Shown here in pieces: positions 55,293 through 63,677 of a stretch of DNA of 64,000 nt (its first letter is position 1; each line of letters opens with the position of its first letter). The notes beneath the pieces are model-generated. The model saw only the letters and a program-made list of their open reading frames with translations. It searched no databases and was not told the DNA's origin. The stretch comes from Bacillota bacterium (GTDB taxonomy: Bacteria > Bacillota > Clostridia > Christensenellales > SZUA-584): the NCBI GenBank assembly GCA_023397655.1, contig JAEWTW010000026.1, positions 182,463-246,462 of the forward strand. The letters are read 5' to 3'. Both the position numbers and the translations under genes were made by a program.

Positions 55293-55919
55293 TTACCGTT
55301 TACCGTATACGATTGCCGATTTTGGGCAGACGGCCGCGCAATCAGTACATTGAAGACATATCCTCTGGCTGATCGATGCCTTTTTATCTTCGTTCCTTAC
55401 CACAATTGCCTCAGACGGGCAGGCTTTCTCGCACAACTTGCAACCGATACAGGAATCTCTGTCTACCTTTTTTGTGAACAATGCAAACCGTCCGAAGGTT
55501 CTTTGCAATGTGCCAAACGGGCAAATCAAATTGTGGAATACTGAAGGCTTATATCTTAATGTCACTAAAATAGCTACGGCCAGCCAGATGGGCAGTATGG
55601 GCAAATTGATATGCAGCAGCTTTTGGGATAAAAGCATCGCTGCAGCACTGACAATCAGGAGTATCCACGCAAACACTCCATTTTTTAACCACTTGGGTTT
55701 GTTATTAGTTTGAAGCTTTAGCTTCTTTGAGAGCCATTCCGCAGGAATCATCAGCGTGTGCATCGGGCAGACATATCCGCAATACACCCTGCCGAAGAAT
55801 AATGCCGCTATCAGGCTCACCGCAAACAGCGCAAGCCACAGCAACATATTGCCTGTAGCAATAAGAAATATGAATAACCCCAAAAACAGCACCCTTATAA
55901 TCGTAACAATCCATTTCAT
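55293..55919 (-). CDS. membrane-bound 4Fe-4S ferredoxin-type protein
   Basis: TM helices. CGYVCP. CIGCKLCEKACP and CLQCTDCAAVCP. Confidence 0.7.
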   Translation of the reverse strand: MKWIVTIIRVLFLGLFIFLIATGNMLLWLALFAVSLIAALFFGRVYCGYVCPMHTLMIPAEWLSKKLKLQTNNKPKWLKNGVFAWILLIVSAAAMLLSQKLLHINLPILPIWLAVAILVTLRYKPSVFHNLICPFGTLQRTFGRFALFTKKVDRDSCIGCKLCEKACPSEAIVVRNEDKKASISQRICLQCTDCAAVCPKSAIVYGKR

Positions 55920-56659
55920 GATATTTCCCCCTTCATTGCTTTTTCAAAAATAATGGCTTTGGTTGGACATTTTTGAGCCGATTCCATCACAGCCTTAACT
56001 GCTTCTTTATTATCCGGTGAAGCCTTAACACATGCCTTGTTGTTTTTCATTTCGTAGTAATCTGGCAGTATTTCAGCGCATAAGCCACAGCCTATGCAGT
56101 ATTCCTCCTTTACACTAAAAACGTCCGTTTGCTTGTTTAACGCAATACCAGGCATATCTTTCTTCTTCACAACAATCGCTGTTAAATACGCCATCACAAA
56201 TATACAAATAACCGTAAGTATCCATCGAACAATCATGAAATCCACACCAAGGAACTTGGCTTCGTTAGCCAGCATTGGTACTTTTATAACCGCCCACGAA
56301 CTTAAGATAATAACTATGTTTCTTACACTTGCACCTTTTGAAAGCAGCGATTTGCTGATTGGAAAGGCCGCATAAATAGGGCCGGCAGAAATACTTCCCA
56401 GGAGCAACGAAAGCAGATTGCCTTTAAACCCTGATTTTTCACCAAAGTCCCGCATAATCAACTCTTTTGGCACCCATGCTTCAATCACCACAGTGAGAAG
56501 AAATATCACGGGAAGTACCTGCAGCATTTCAACGAGATAGTAGACACTGTTGCCAACTGATTTCATGGCAGTTTGAGGAGCTGCCATGAAAAAGATTCCA
56601 TATACCAGTGCAACAAGCACAAGCAGCTTGTTTTTCTTTAATATATTTAATGTTTTCAT
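55916..56659 (-). CDS. permease subunit (COG0701-like) with a C-terminal ferredoxin domain
   Basis: Hydrophobic body. CIGCGLCAEILP...CPTKAI. Overlaps both neighbours by 4 nt. Confidence 0.6.
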   Translation of the reverse strand: MKTLNILKKNKLLVLVALVYGIFFMAAPQTAMKSVGNSVYYLVEMLQVLPVIFLLTVVIEAWVPKELIMRDFGEKSGFKGNLLSLLLGSISAGPIYAAFPISKSLLSKGASVRNIVIILSSWAVIKVPMLANEAKFLGVDFMIVRWILTVICIFVMAYLTAIVVKKKDMPGIALNKQTDVFSVKEEYCIGCGLCAEILPDYYEMKNNKACVKASPDNKEAVKAVMESAQKCPTKAIIFEKAMKGEIS

Positions 56660-57138
56660 AAAATTACCCCCATTACCAGAGCAATCACAACCGCAAAGCC
56701 GAAGCTCAAGATGTTTCTGGTTAGTGCGAATTTAGTACCGAACTCTTTTCTTTCAAGCGGGAATGTGACAACCCCCACCATGGTCAATGTGGTGAGAAAC
56801 GCAACAGCGGGTATTATGCTGGCACCCGCATCGACTAAAGAACCTACCAGCGGAAACGCTACAAATGCGGGAATTAACGTGATACTGCCCACTAAAGCGC
56901 CCACGATTGTTGATAAAAAGGTGTTCGCAGAGCCCAGCGCAGACTTTATGGTTTCTGGTGGTATCAATGTAAGCAATAGTCCAATTAAAAATATGATGGC
57001 GATGATTTCCCCAAGCATATTTCCCATCATGCTCTTAGATTTTTTCATTGCCGCAAAGGTTTTCTTCTTATTTTTTATGATAGATGCCACTGTCAATCCA
57101 ACCGCGATGATTAGAAATATAAGCGTAAATATGTCCAC
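56656..57138 (-). CDS. permease subunit (second half of a two-component permease)
   Basis: 160-aa hydrophobic protein, coupled to 55916..56659. Confidence 0.55.
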   Translation of the reverse strand: MDIFTLIFLIIAVGLTVASIIKNKKKTFAAMKKSKSMMGNMLGEIIAIIFLIGLLLTLIPPETIKSALGSANTFLSTIVGALVGSITLIPAFVAFPLVGSLVDAGASIIPAVAFLTTLTMVGVVTFPLERKEFGTKFALTRNILSFGFAVVIALVMGVIL

Positions 57139-57197
57139 AAAATTCCTCCCCTTACTTGAATATATCTATACTATAAGACTATAATGAGAAAAATGGC

Positions 57198-57211
57198 GTT
57201 ACCAAGGTAAC
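57198..57211. promoter_or_regulatory. 14-bp palindrome GTTACCAAGGTAAC in the divergent permease / crp-fnr intergenic region
   Basis: Read directly from the sequence. Same GTTnCnAnnGnAAC outline as 53233..53246. Confidence 0.35.
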
Positions 57212-57232
57212 ACAGCAGGAAGGGATTGTTGT

Positions 57233-57892
57233 TTGAATCAAAATTTTAAACTTTTGCAGGTCTCAACTTTGCTTAAAGGGTTGCGGCCCGAAGACATACA
57301 AACCTATGTAAAAGAAAATAGGTTTCGACTCGTTTCATACAAGAAAAACACTGTTATTCATTTTGAGGGAGAGCCATGCACCAGTCTGGAAATAATCCTT
57401 TCCGGCAAGGTGGCGGTGGAGCGTATTGACGAGTCCGGTGGCTTGCTTGCTATCGCAGAGTTCTATAGTGATGATATTCTGGGAGGAAATTTATTGTTTT
57501 CCAGAAATCCATGTTATCCGATGACCATTACAGCTCAACAGCCTTCTGTAATTGTTGGAATCGAAAAAGATCTGTTGTTTAAAACATTCTGCAGCAATCC
57601 AGCTTTTTTACAAATGTATTTGGAATATGTTTCAGACCACGCCTTTATTTTGGGCGATAAAATTAAGCACTATATCAACAAAACCATAAGGGAAAGTCTG
57701 ATGAGCTTCCTTAAGTATGAAAGCAAAAAGCAAAATTCTAATCATGTTCAGCTGAATATGACCAAGAAGGCACTGGCGGAAAAGATCGGCGTACAGCGAA
57801 CATCGCTTTCTAGGGAGTTGTCTAAAATGAAGCATGATGGGCTCATTTTATTTGATGCGGAATCTGTAACGATACTCAAAAACAACCAATGA
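57233..57892 (+). CDS. Crp/Fnr-family transcriptional regulator (TTG start)
   Basis: cNMP-binding-like N-domain. C-terminal HTH KKALAEKIGVQRTSLSRELSKM. Confidence 0.8.
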   Translation: MNQNFKLLQVSTLLKGLRPEDIQTYVKENRFRLVSYKKNTVIHFEGEPCTSLEIILSGKVAVERIDESGGLLAIAEFYSDDILGGNLLFSRNPCYPMTITAQQPSVIVGIEKDLLFKTFCSNPAFLQMYLEYVSDHAFILGDKIKHYINKTIRESLMSFLKYESKKQNSNHVQLNMTKKALAEKIGVQRTSLSRELSKMKHDGLILFDAESVTILKNNQ

Positions 57893-57951
57893 ATAACACT
57901 TCATTTTTTTGATAGGTTACATATTCGCTCTGAACTATCATATAGTCAAGT

Positions 57952-58075
57952 GTGGCGAATAGATTACATTGACTTTCGGCCCCACAGTTCCCTAGGGAAT
58001 TTAACTCCAAGAGATTATGTTTTGGCGATGGAATCTGCCATCCAATTACTTCTAGAATATATCCGAAATTACTAA
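57952..58075 (+). mobile_element. 3' remnant of an IS3-family transposase (integrase-core C-terminus)
   Basis: WRIDYIDFRPHSSLGNLTPRDYVLAMES...*. No upstream ORF. Confidence 0.65.
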
Positions 58076-58299
58076 CATTTTGACCTGACCAGTTTCCGGA
58101 AGACCCTCAATAATCCGAAATTCTCACTTTCAACTTGTACAATTCTGTGGGATAGGGTCGATTATGAGCGCGCACCAATTCATTTATAATTATTATATTC
58201 AGCATTATCAGAGTTGTTAAGAACCGTTTTCATGGTTCTCTTATTCACTTTTGCTACTTTTTAAAATTGGACAGACACCTTTACTTCAGCTCATCGTTA

Positions 58300-58904
58300 T
58301 TAATCTGGTTCGCGGAGCATACACCAGATTCGGTAATTGAATTTTAGGATACATGCATTGTATACCAGTTTGAAACCGTGCTTTTGATAATATTCTACAT
58401 TTCTCTACTTATGCGTTTCAAGGTAAATAGTAGCTTTCTGGCATTGGCATCATCAATAACTTGTTGAACAAGCGCGGTCCCAATACCTTTTGACTTTTTA
58501 TCCACATCAACCGCGAGAGTCCATATATAGAAATATTGCCGGTTTATCATTAACTCTATTCAAGTTTTATCAACAAAATCTTCACATTCCATGGAGCGAT
58601 AATAATTCCTAAAGCCAAGCGCAAACGGAGAAAGTAAAAATCCGTTTTGAATATATTCTAATATGGAGATTTTTGTTTTTTCTGGAGGCATAATCGAGAT
58701 TACGCCTGAAAGATCAGGAGAAGTATACACTTCACCGAAGCGTAAAGCCGTACGCAAGATATTTCTAAAATACCACGGCAAAAAACGAGCACGACGCTTC
58801 GAATCAAGGAAATATAAGGTAAACCTTGGACAGTCAAAGAAAGAATTGGCCAAGACCTCAGACGCTCTACGAAGATGATGTGGGTCCAATTTGATAATTT
58901 CCAT
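58300..58904 (-). pseudogene. decayed GNAT-family acetyltransferase
   Basis: In-frame TGA after ...FVDKT. +1 shift in an A6 run before KSKGIGTALVQQVIDDA. A second shift back. In-frame TAG in YLETHK*RNVEYYQKHGF. Confidence 0.7.
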
Positions 58905-59039
58905 TATTTTACTCCAGTTGTATTTGTTTCCACTATCTCGGATAATCTTATGCTAACACGAAAGCTGATACTGGGAATATAGTGACATTTTAACCTTTTT
59001 ACCAGATTGGATCATGCTTATATGGAATTTAAACATAAA

Positions 59040-59127
59040 ACCGATAACAAAACTTGCTAAGATTAAAAACGAAGAGCTTCTTTCATTTGATGCTGAATCT
59101 GTTACAATACTCAAAAACAACCAATGA
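59040..59127 (+). pseudogene. 3' fragment of a second Crp/Fnr paralogue
   Basis: ...KLAKIKNEELLSFDAESVTILKNNQ*. The last 45 bp match 57851..57895 with 3 mismatches, all synonymous. Confidence 0.65.
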
Positions 59128-59167
59128 ATATCTGAATCAAACTCCTTACTAACGTCATACTAGCTGT

Positions 59168-60199
59168 TTAGTAATCACCCATGCGGTAATCTTGAATACT
59201 GTCTTTTGGAATCGTGCTTATGTTATCCGCCGCTTTTCCAGTCCCGATAGCGACGCAAGAAATAGCGTCCTCTGCGACATAGCATGGCAGGCCGGTTTTC
59301 TCGCTAATAAGCCTGTCCAGGCCATACAAAAGCGCGCCTCCCCCGGTTATACAAACACCATTTTCCGTTATGTCAGATAAAAGCTCGGGGGGCGTGCGTC
59401 CAAGAACATTGTGGATAGTTTCTAACATAGAGCTTAAAGGTTCATCAAAAGCCTCTATGATGTCGTTAGAATTTAACGTTATTGTCTTGGGTAAGCCCGA
59501 CACAAAATTTCGGCCTGCCACCTCCATGTAAGCTTTTTCTTTCCTTGGAAATGCAGAACCAATGTTCATTTTAATATTTCCGGCGGTCTTTTCACCGATA
59601 AAAATGTTATACTTTTTTCGCATATATCTGATCACAGCTTCATCCAGTTTATCCCCGGCAACTTTTATTGATTCGTTCACGACCATGCCACCTAACGCAA
59701 TAACTGCAACATCAGTTGTTCCGCCGCCGATATCGATGATCATGTTTCCATATGGAGCCCCAATATCTATACCGGCACCGATTGCGGCTGCGATTGGCTC
59801 TTCAATCAGGTTGGCCTGTTTCGCGCCGGCTTCCTCTGTCACCTCAATTAATGCCCGCCGTTCAACCTCAGTCACTCCTGATGGTACGCACACCATCACC
59901 CTTGGTTTGAAAAACAGCCTTCTGCCGATAACTTTGCGAAGAAAAAAACGCAGCATCCTCTCAGTGTCATGATAGCTTGAAATAACACCATCTTTCAGCG
60001 GGCGCACAACAACAATATTTCCAGGCGCCCTACCAAGCATAGCATGGGCTTCTTCTCCAATGGCAAGCATATCCCCAGTATTTCTGTTAACCGCAACCAC
60101 TGATGGTTCGCTTAGTACAATTCCTTTTCCCTTTACATATATACGGACGTTTGCTGTACCGAGATCAATCCCTATACTCTCATTCTCAAGAAACCCCAT
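59168..60199 (-). CDS. mreB: rod-shape-determining actin homologue MreB/Mbl
   Basis: IGIDLGTANV, VRPLKDGVI and DIGGGTTD motifs. 343 aa. Confidence 0.9.
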   Translation of the reverse strand: MGFLENESIGIDLGTANVRIYVKGKGIVLSEPSVVAVNRNTGDMLAIGEEAHAMLGRAPGNIVVVRPLKDGVISSYHDTERMLRFFLRKVIGRRLFFKPRVMVCVPSGVTEVERRALIEVTEEAGAKQANLIEEPIAAAIGAGIDIGAPYGNMIIDIGGGTTDVAVIALGGMVVNESIKVAGDKLDEAVIRYMRKKYNIFIGEKTAGNIKMNIGSAFPRKEKAYMEVAGRNFVSGLPKTITLNSNDIIEAFDEPLSSMLETIHNVLGRTPPELLSDITENGVCITGGGALLYGLDRLISEKTGLPCYVAEDAISCVAIGTGKAADNISTIPKDSIQDYRMGDY

Positions 60200-60236
60200 T
60201 CTTTACTCCCAAATTAATTAATGCAACAAAGTCTGC

Positions 60237-60650
60237 TTACGATTGTTTTGCCGCAAGCCTTTCCCATGCTTCTGGTTGATAAATGACTTTTTTTACTTCA
60301 ACCTTTGTGATACCGGAAGGTACTTTCCATTCAAAACTATCTCCCTCTCGGTATCCAAGGATTGCGGTTCCAATTGGCGATAACACGGATATCTTGCTCT
60401 GCGATACATCAGCTTCATTTGGATAAACAAGTGAAACCTCTTCCTCAGTTCCGTCCAGCAACAATAAAACTTTAGAATTCATTGTAATGACATCATTCGG
60501 AAGTTTCTCATCGGATACCACTTTCGCCCGCGTTAATTCCAGATCAAGTTCCCGTACATGGTCCTTATCTTTTGCATATTCTATTTCATCATCAATAATC
60601 TCTTTTAGCTTTTTCATGTCGGGCTCTGTAATATATATTTTGCGTGACAT
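60237..60650 (-). CDS. GreA/GreB-family protein (Rnk-like)
   Basis: 137 aa. C-terminal ISVLSPIGTAILGYREGD...W..P Gre-type domain. Confidence 0.7.
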   Translation of the reverse strand: MSRKIYITEPDMKKLKEIIDDEIEYAKDKDHVRELDLELTRAKVVSDEKLPNDVITMNSKVLLLLDGTEEEVSLVYPNEADVSQSKISVLSPIGTAILGYREGDSFEWKVPSGITKVEVKKVIYQPEAWERLAAKQS

Positions 60651-60651
60651 A

Positions 60652-61491
60652 CTAACCCTCCGATTTCAGATCATATTTTTGTTTCATATACTTTGCTACT
60701 CCATCATCGTCGCAGCTATCTATAACTCCTGTGACAATTCGTTTAACTTCCTCAATCGCGTTATCCGGAGCAAAACTGAAATCCGCCACATGCATCATAT
60801 CAATGTCATTATGATTATCACCAAAGACTATAACTTCATCTGCTAAAACTCGTTGTTTGAGATTAAGTAACGCATTTGCTTTATTCGCCTTTTCATCAAA
60901 TATCTCAAGACAGTATAGTCCGTTATATATATTCAAATACATTACGGATTCTATACCTTCTACTGTTTTAATCTTATCTGATACCGATTGTATCTTTTGC
61001 TTTTTTCCAGTTAACGCAAAATAAATCACTTGGCGATCAGTCGCTTCACGCGATAATTGATTAATACGCTTTATTTTCCTGCACTCTTCAATCGCTCTTC
61101 TGCTTAAATATTGAGCATCCTGATCTTCCGATTCTGACTTATAAAATATGCTTATCGCATTATCCTCAAATGAATACATATATGCATTGCAATCGCATTC
61201 ATCTAGAATGTTTTCAATCTCAAGCACTTTTTTGTTTTCAATAGTTCTAACGTCGATATATTTTTTATCATTAAATGAATATAAACATGCTCCGTTCATA
61301 ATAATGCCGGGAATATTTAAGTCGATATTTTTAAGCTTATAGTCGCAACCGTACGCCATTCTAGCCGTAGCAATTGTAAAGAAGCCTCCCTGCGAAACAA
61401 ACTTATTGATAATATCAACAGAAAACCGGCTCACTTTCTTTTCGGTATTAAAAAGTGTGCCATCAAGATCAGATACATATAGCGTTTTCAT
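60652..61491 (-). CDS. Cof-type HAD-IIB hydrolase
   Basis: LYVSDLDGTL motif I. GDNHNDIDM motif. 279 aa. Confidence 0.85.
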   Translation of the reverse strand: MKTLYVSDLDGTLFNTEKKVSRFSVDIINKFVSQGGFFTIATARMAYGCDYKLKNIDLNIPGIIMNGACLYSFNDKKYIDVRTIENKKVLEIENILDECDCNAYMYSFEDNAISIFYKSESEDQDAQYLSRRAIEECRKIKRINQLSREATDRQVIYFALTGKKQKIQSVSDKIKTVEGIESVMYLNIYNGLYCLEIFDEKANKANALLNLKQRVLADEVIVFGDNHNDIDMMHVADFSFAPDNAIEEVKRIVTGVIDSCDDDGVAKYMKQKYDLKSEG

Positions 61492-61663
61492 TTCAGCCTC
61501 CCTTAAAATAATTTGTTATAACTTATCATAGTAAAAGACATCCCGCGAAGATGCGAAATGCCTTATATTATTTAATTATTTCTATAATACTATCATATGT
61601 GACTATCTATGATTTGTCAATACTGGATTGTGCGCCCATTTTTTTGAATGTATGTATTTTAAT
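61492..61663 (-). promoter_or_regulatory. promoter-leader cassette, copy A
   Basis: Minus strand: TTGACA (61620..61615), 17 nt spacer, TATGAT (61597..61592). Leader hairpin 61562..61537 followed by UUUU. GGGAGG RBS. ~172 bp alignable with 62733..62906. Confidence 0.65.
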
Positions 61664-61844
61664 CCTTGCTATGATATCACGTACGAAGCTTGTGGGGAGC
61701 ATTAAAAACTCTGATAAAAACCTTTTATCATCATCACCTTTTTTAGAGGGCAACTCTCAAATAGTAACAGGTAAGAAACTTCTTAAAATCCGAATCTTTT
61801 GTATTTAGTAAATCCTTCAACGATTTTTTCTATGTCAATGCCCC

Positions 61845-62045
61845 TATAAATAGCTTTCCCTCGCACTGAACCGGTTCTCCATTAATGATTTCAAAGACTT
61901 TCACATCTCCAATAGAAGTTAGTCCGGCTAGTACCCCTTATCCATTTATATCCCTCAGTTAACGTTTTACATCATATTTCCCATAGAGTGTAGGGTCGAT
62001 TGCACTATTTTTCATACATTACTTTGTTAACTCTTTAATTTCTTC
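61845..62045 (-). pseudogene. N-terminal fragment of a citrate synthase gene
   Basis: EEIKELTK*CMKNSAIDPTLYGKYDVKR*LRDING*GVLAGLTSIGDV...GEPVQCEG. Three in-frame TAA, and no continuation downstream. Confidence 0.6.
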
Positions 62046-62195
62046 TTTGTGATTTCCTCAGTCAAATATTTGCATTTAATCATCTCCCCCCAAATAATAT
62101 TTGTTATTATCTTTTGAATAAAGCTAGATACTTTTATTTCTGTTATTGGCTACATTTAAAGTGATTAGTTCTTTAAGTTGAAGCCCAAATAAGCT

Positions 62196-62732
62196 TCATT
62201 TTTTGGTAATATGACCGCCAAAGACGAGATTAACACTACTCGTTGTAATAAACACATCCTTCGAATACTTCTTAACTATGTGCACCGCCTCAGAAGTGCG
62301 TCTTCTTCTGAGATGCAATATCAGTATTTTGCGCTCTCCTTCTTTGCCTTCTCCGCCTAAAACCGTCACGCCAAAGTCGTTTTCTCTCAGCTTATCCACA
62401 AGCCCTTCGTGGTTGATGTTCTCGGGGACGATAACCTGAATAGAGCTTATACCAAAGGCAAGCTTGCCTTCCAGCCACGATCCCAAATAGTTACCAAGAG
62501 CAAATGCCAAGGCAAAAATGCCAATCTTGATCCAATCGCTCGAGAAACCGGCAAGCACAGTACCCGTTACAATGAGCCAAAGCGAAACTTCAAAAAAGGC
62601 AAGAATACTACCTATTAACCGCTCCCCCCTGTTGATGAGCATATGTCGCAGGGTAGATACACTGACCTCGATCATCTTACCGAAAAAAATGAATAGGTAT
62701 ACCCATATACTTGATCCTAGAAAAAACTCCAT
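62196..62732 (-). CDS. UPF0316/DUF2179-family membrane protein
   Basis: Three N-terminal TM helices plus a C-terminal DUF2179-like domain (FGVTVLGGEGKEG). Confidence 0.7.
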   Translation of the reverse strand: MEFFLGSSIWVYLFIFFGKMIEVSVSTLRHMLINRGERLIGSILAFFEVSLWLIVTGTVLAGFSSDWIKIGIFALAFALGNYLGSWLEGKLAFGISSIQVIVPENINHEGLVDKLRENDFGVTVLGGEGKEGERKILILHLRRRRTSEAVHIVKKYSKDVFITTSSVNLVFGGHITKK

Positions 62733-62906
62733 TTCAGCCTCCCTTAAAATAGTTTGTTGTAACTTACTATAGTAAAAGACATCCCGCGAAGATGCGAAAT
62801 GCCTAATATTATTTAATTATGATTCTTTAATGATATTATATGCTGCCAACTATGATTTGTCAATACTGGATTGTGTTTACATTTTATTGATTGTATGTAT
62901 TTTAAT
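62733..62906 (-). promoter_or_regulatory. promoter-leader cassette, copy B
   Basis: Minus strand: TTGACA (62863..62858), 17 nt spacer, TATAAT (62840..62835). Identical leader hairpin at 62803..62778. GGGAGG RBS. Confidence 0.65.
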
Positions 62907-63004
62907 ATTTTATGTGTTATTAAATTCATGTAATGTTTACTTTTCAATACAAGTCCAGCCATTAATGAATATAGGCTTTATGGCTGACCTTTTGAATTGC
63001 AAAC

Positions 63005-63364
63005 TCACAGTGCCTGTGATCTTGTAATACCTATGTCGTGCCGTTTAAGCTCTGTTCGATAACCAATGCTATCGCTTCTGTTTCGTGCAAACCGGTCAAG
63101 CTTATGAACGATAACTACATCAAACAAATCTTTCTTTGCATCTTTGATCATCGTTAAAAACTCGGGGCGATTATCCGTCATCGCTGATTTTGCACGGTCA
63201 ATGTATTCAGCAACAACGATAATATCGTTTCGCTTTGCATATTCGTTTATCGCGCGAAGCTGAGCATCAATCGATTCATCTCTCTGGTTATCTGAAGAAA
63301 ATCTTGCGTAAACCGCTGCTCGTATTGTTCCTTTGTTATCTCTGATTTTGTCTAATACTTTCAT
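63005..63364 (-). pseudogene. large serine recombinase copy 3, truncated after ~108 codons
   Basis: Matches copies 1 and 2 through ...GYRTELKRH, then reads DIGITRSQAL*. Homology is lost around 63026..63040. Confidence 0.8.
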
Positions 63365-63518
63365 TGCTTCCTCCTTAATAAAATTAGGAAGCTAATGCAG
63401 CATGAACATTATTAAATTGTCAATGTTCTTATAGGTTACCTTAAGTTTATCAGCTTCCGTTTTATATTCAAGGCTGTCAAATATCTTGCTCGTTATATTG
63501 GCATTCGTAAATACAACC
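63026..63518 (-). mobile_element. conserved LSR unit copy 3 (5' third plus upstream region only)
   Basis: The upstream region 63365..63518 aligns with 21150..21272 and 47560..47713. Confidence 0.7.
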
Positions 63519-63635
63519 CATTAATGCATTAAGCAACGCCGAAAAATCAATTGTGTTTTTTTCATTATAAGATATCTTGAAATTCTGAATTCGGCTCTCC
63601 ACTCTTTTCTTCATACTCTTTTCCTTTCATGAGCA

Positions 63636-63677
63636 GATAAAAACAGGGCACAATCGCATCAGAGACTGCGCCCTGTT
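63636..63677 (-). terminator. rho-independent terminator (minus strand)
   Basis: Arms aacagggc (63642..63649) and gccctgtt (63670..63677). On the minus strand the hairpin is followed by tttttat. Confidence 0.7.

Noticed and set aside
57851-59130. Considered the 45-bp direct repeats to be a target-site duplication of an IS insertion.
   Set aside because: The three mismatches are all synonymous, and the second copy continues upstream as diverged Crp/Fnr coding sequence. It is therefore a paralogue remnant, and 45 bp is far too long for an IS3-type duplication.
21961-62045. Several in-frame TAA/TAG/TGA codons (21961, 38929, three in 61845..62045, two in 58300..58904) considered as evidence for stop-codon reassignment or programmed readthrough.
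   Set aside because: Most intact genes in the window terminate normally on TAA, TAG or TGA. The affected genes also carry frameshifts or truncations (38242..39288, GNAT, citrate synthase fragment), so ordinary pseudogenisation explains them. Only the 21961 case stays open and is listed as a low-interest finding.
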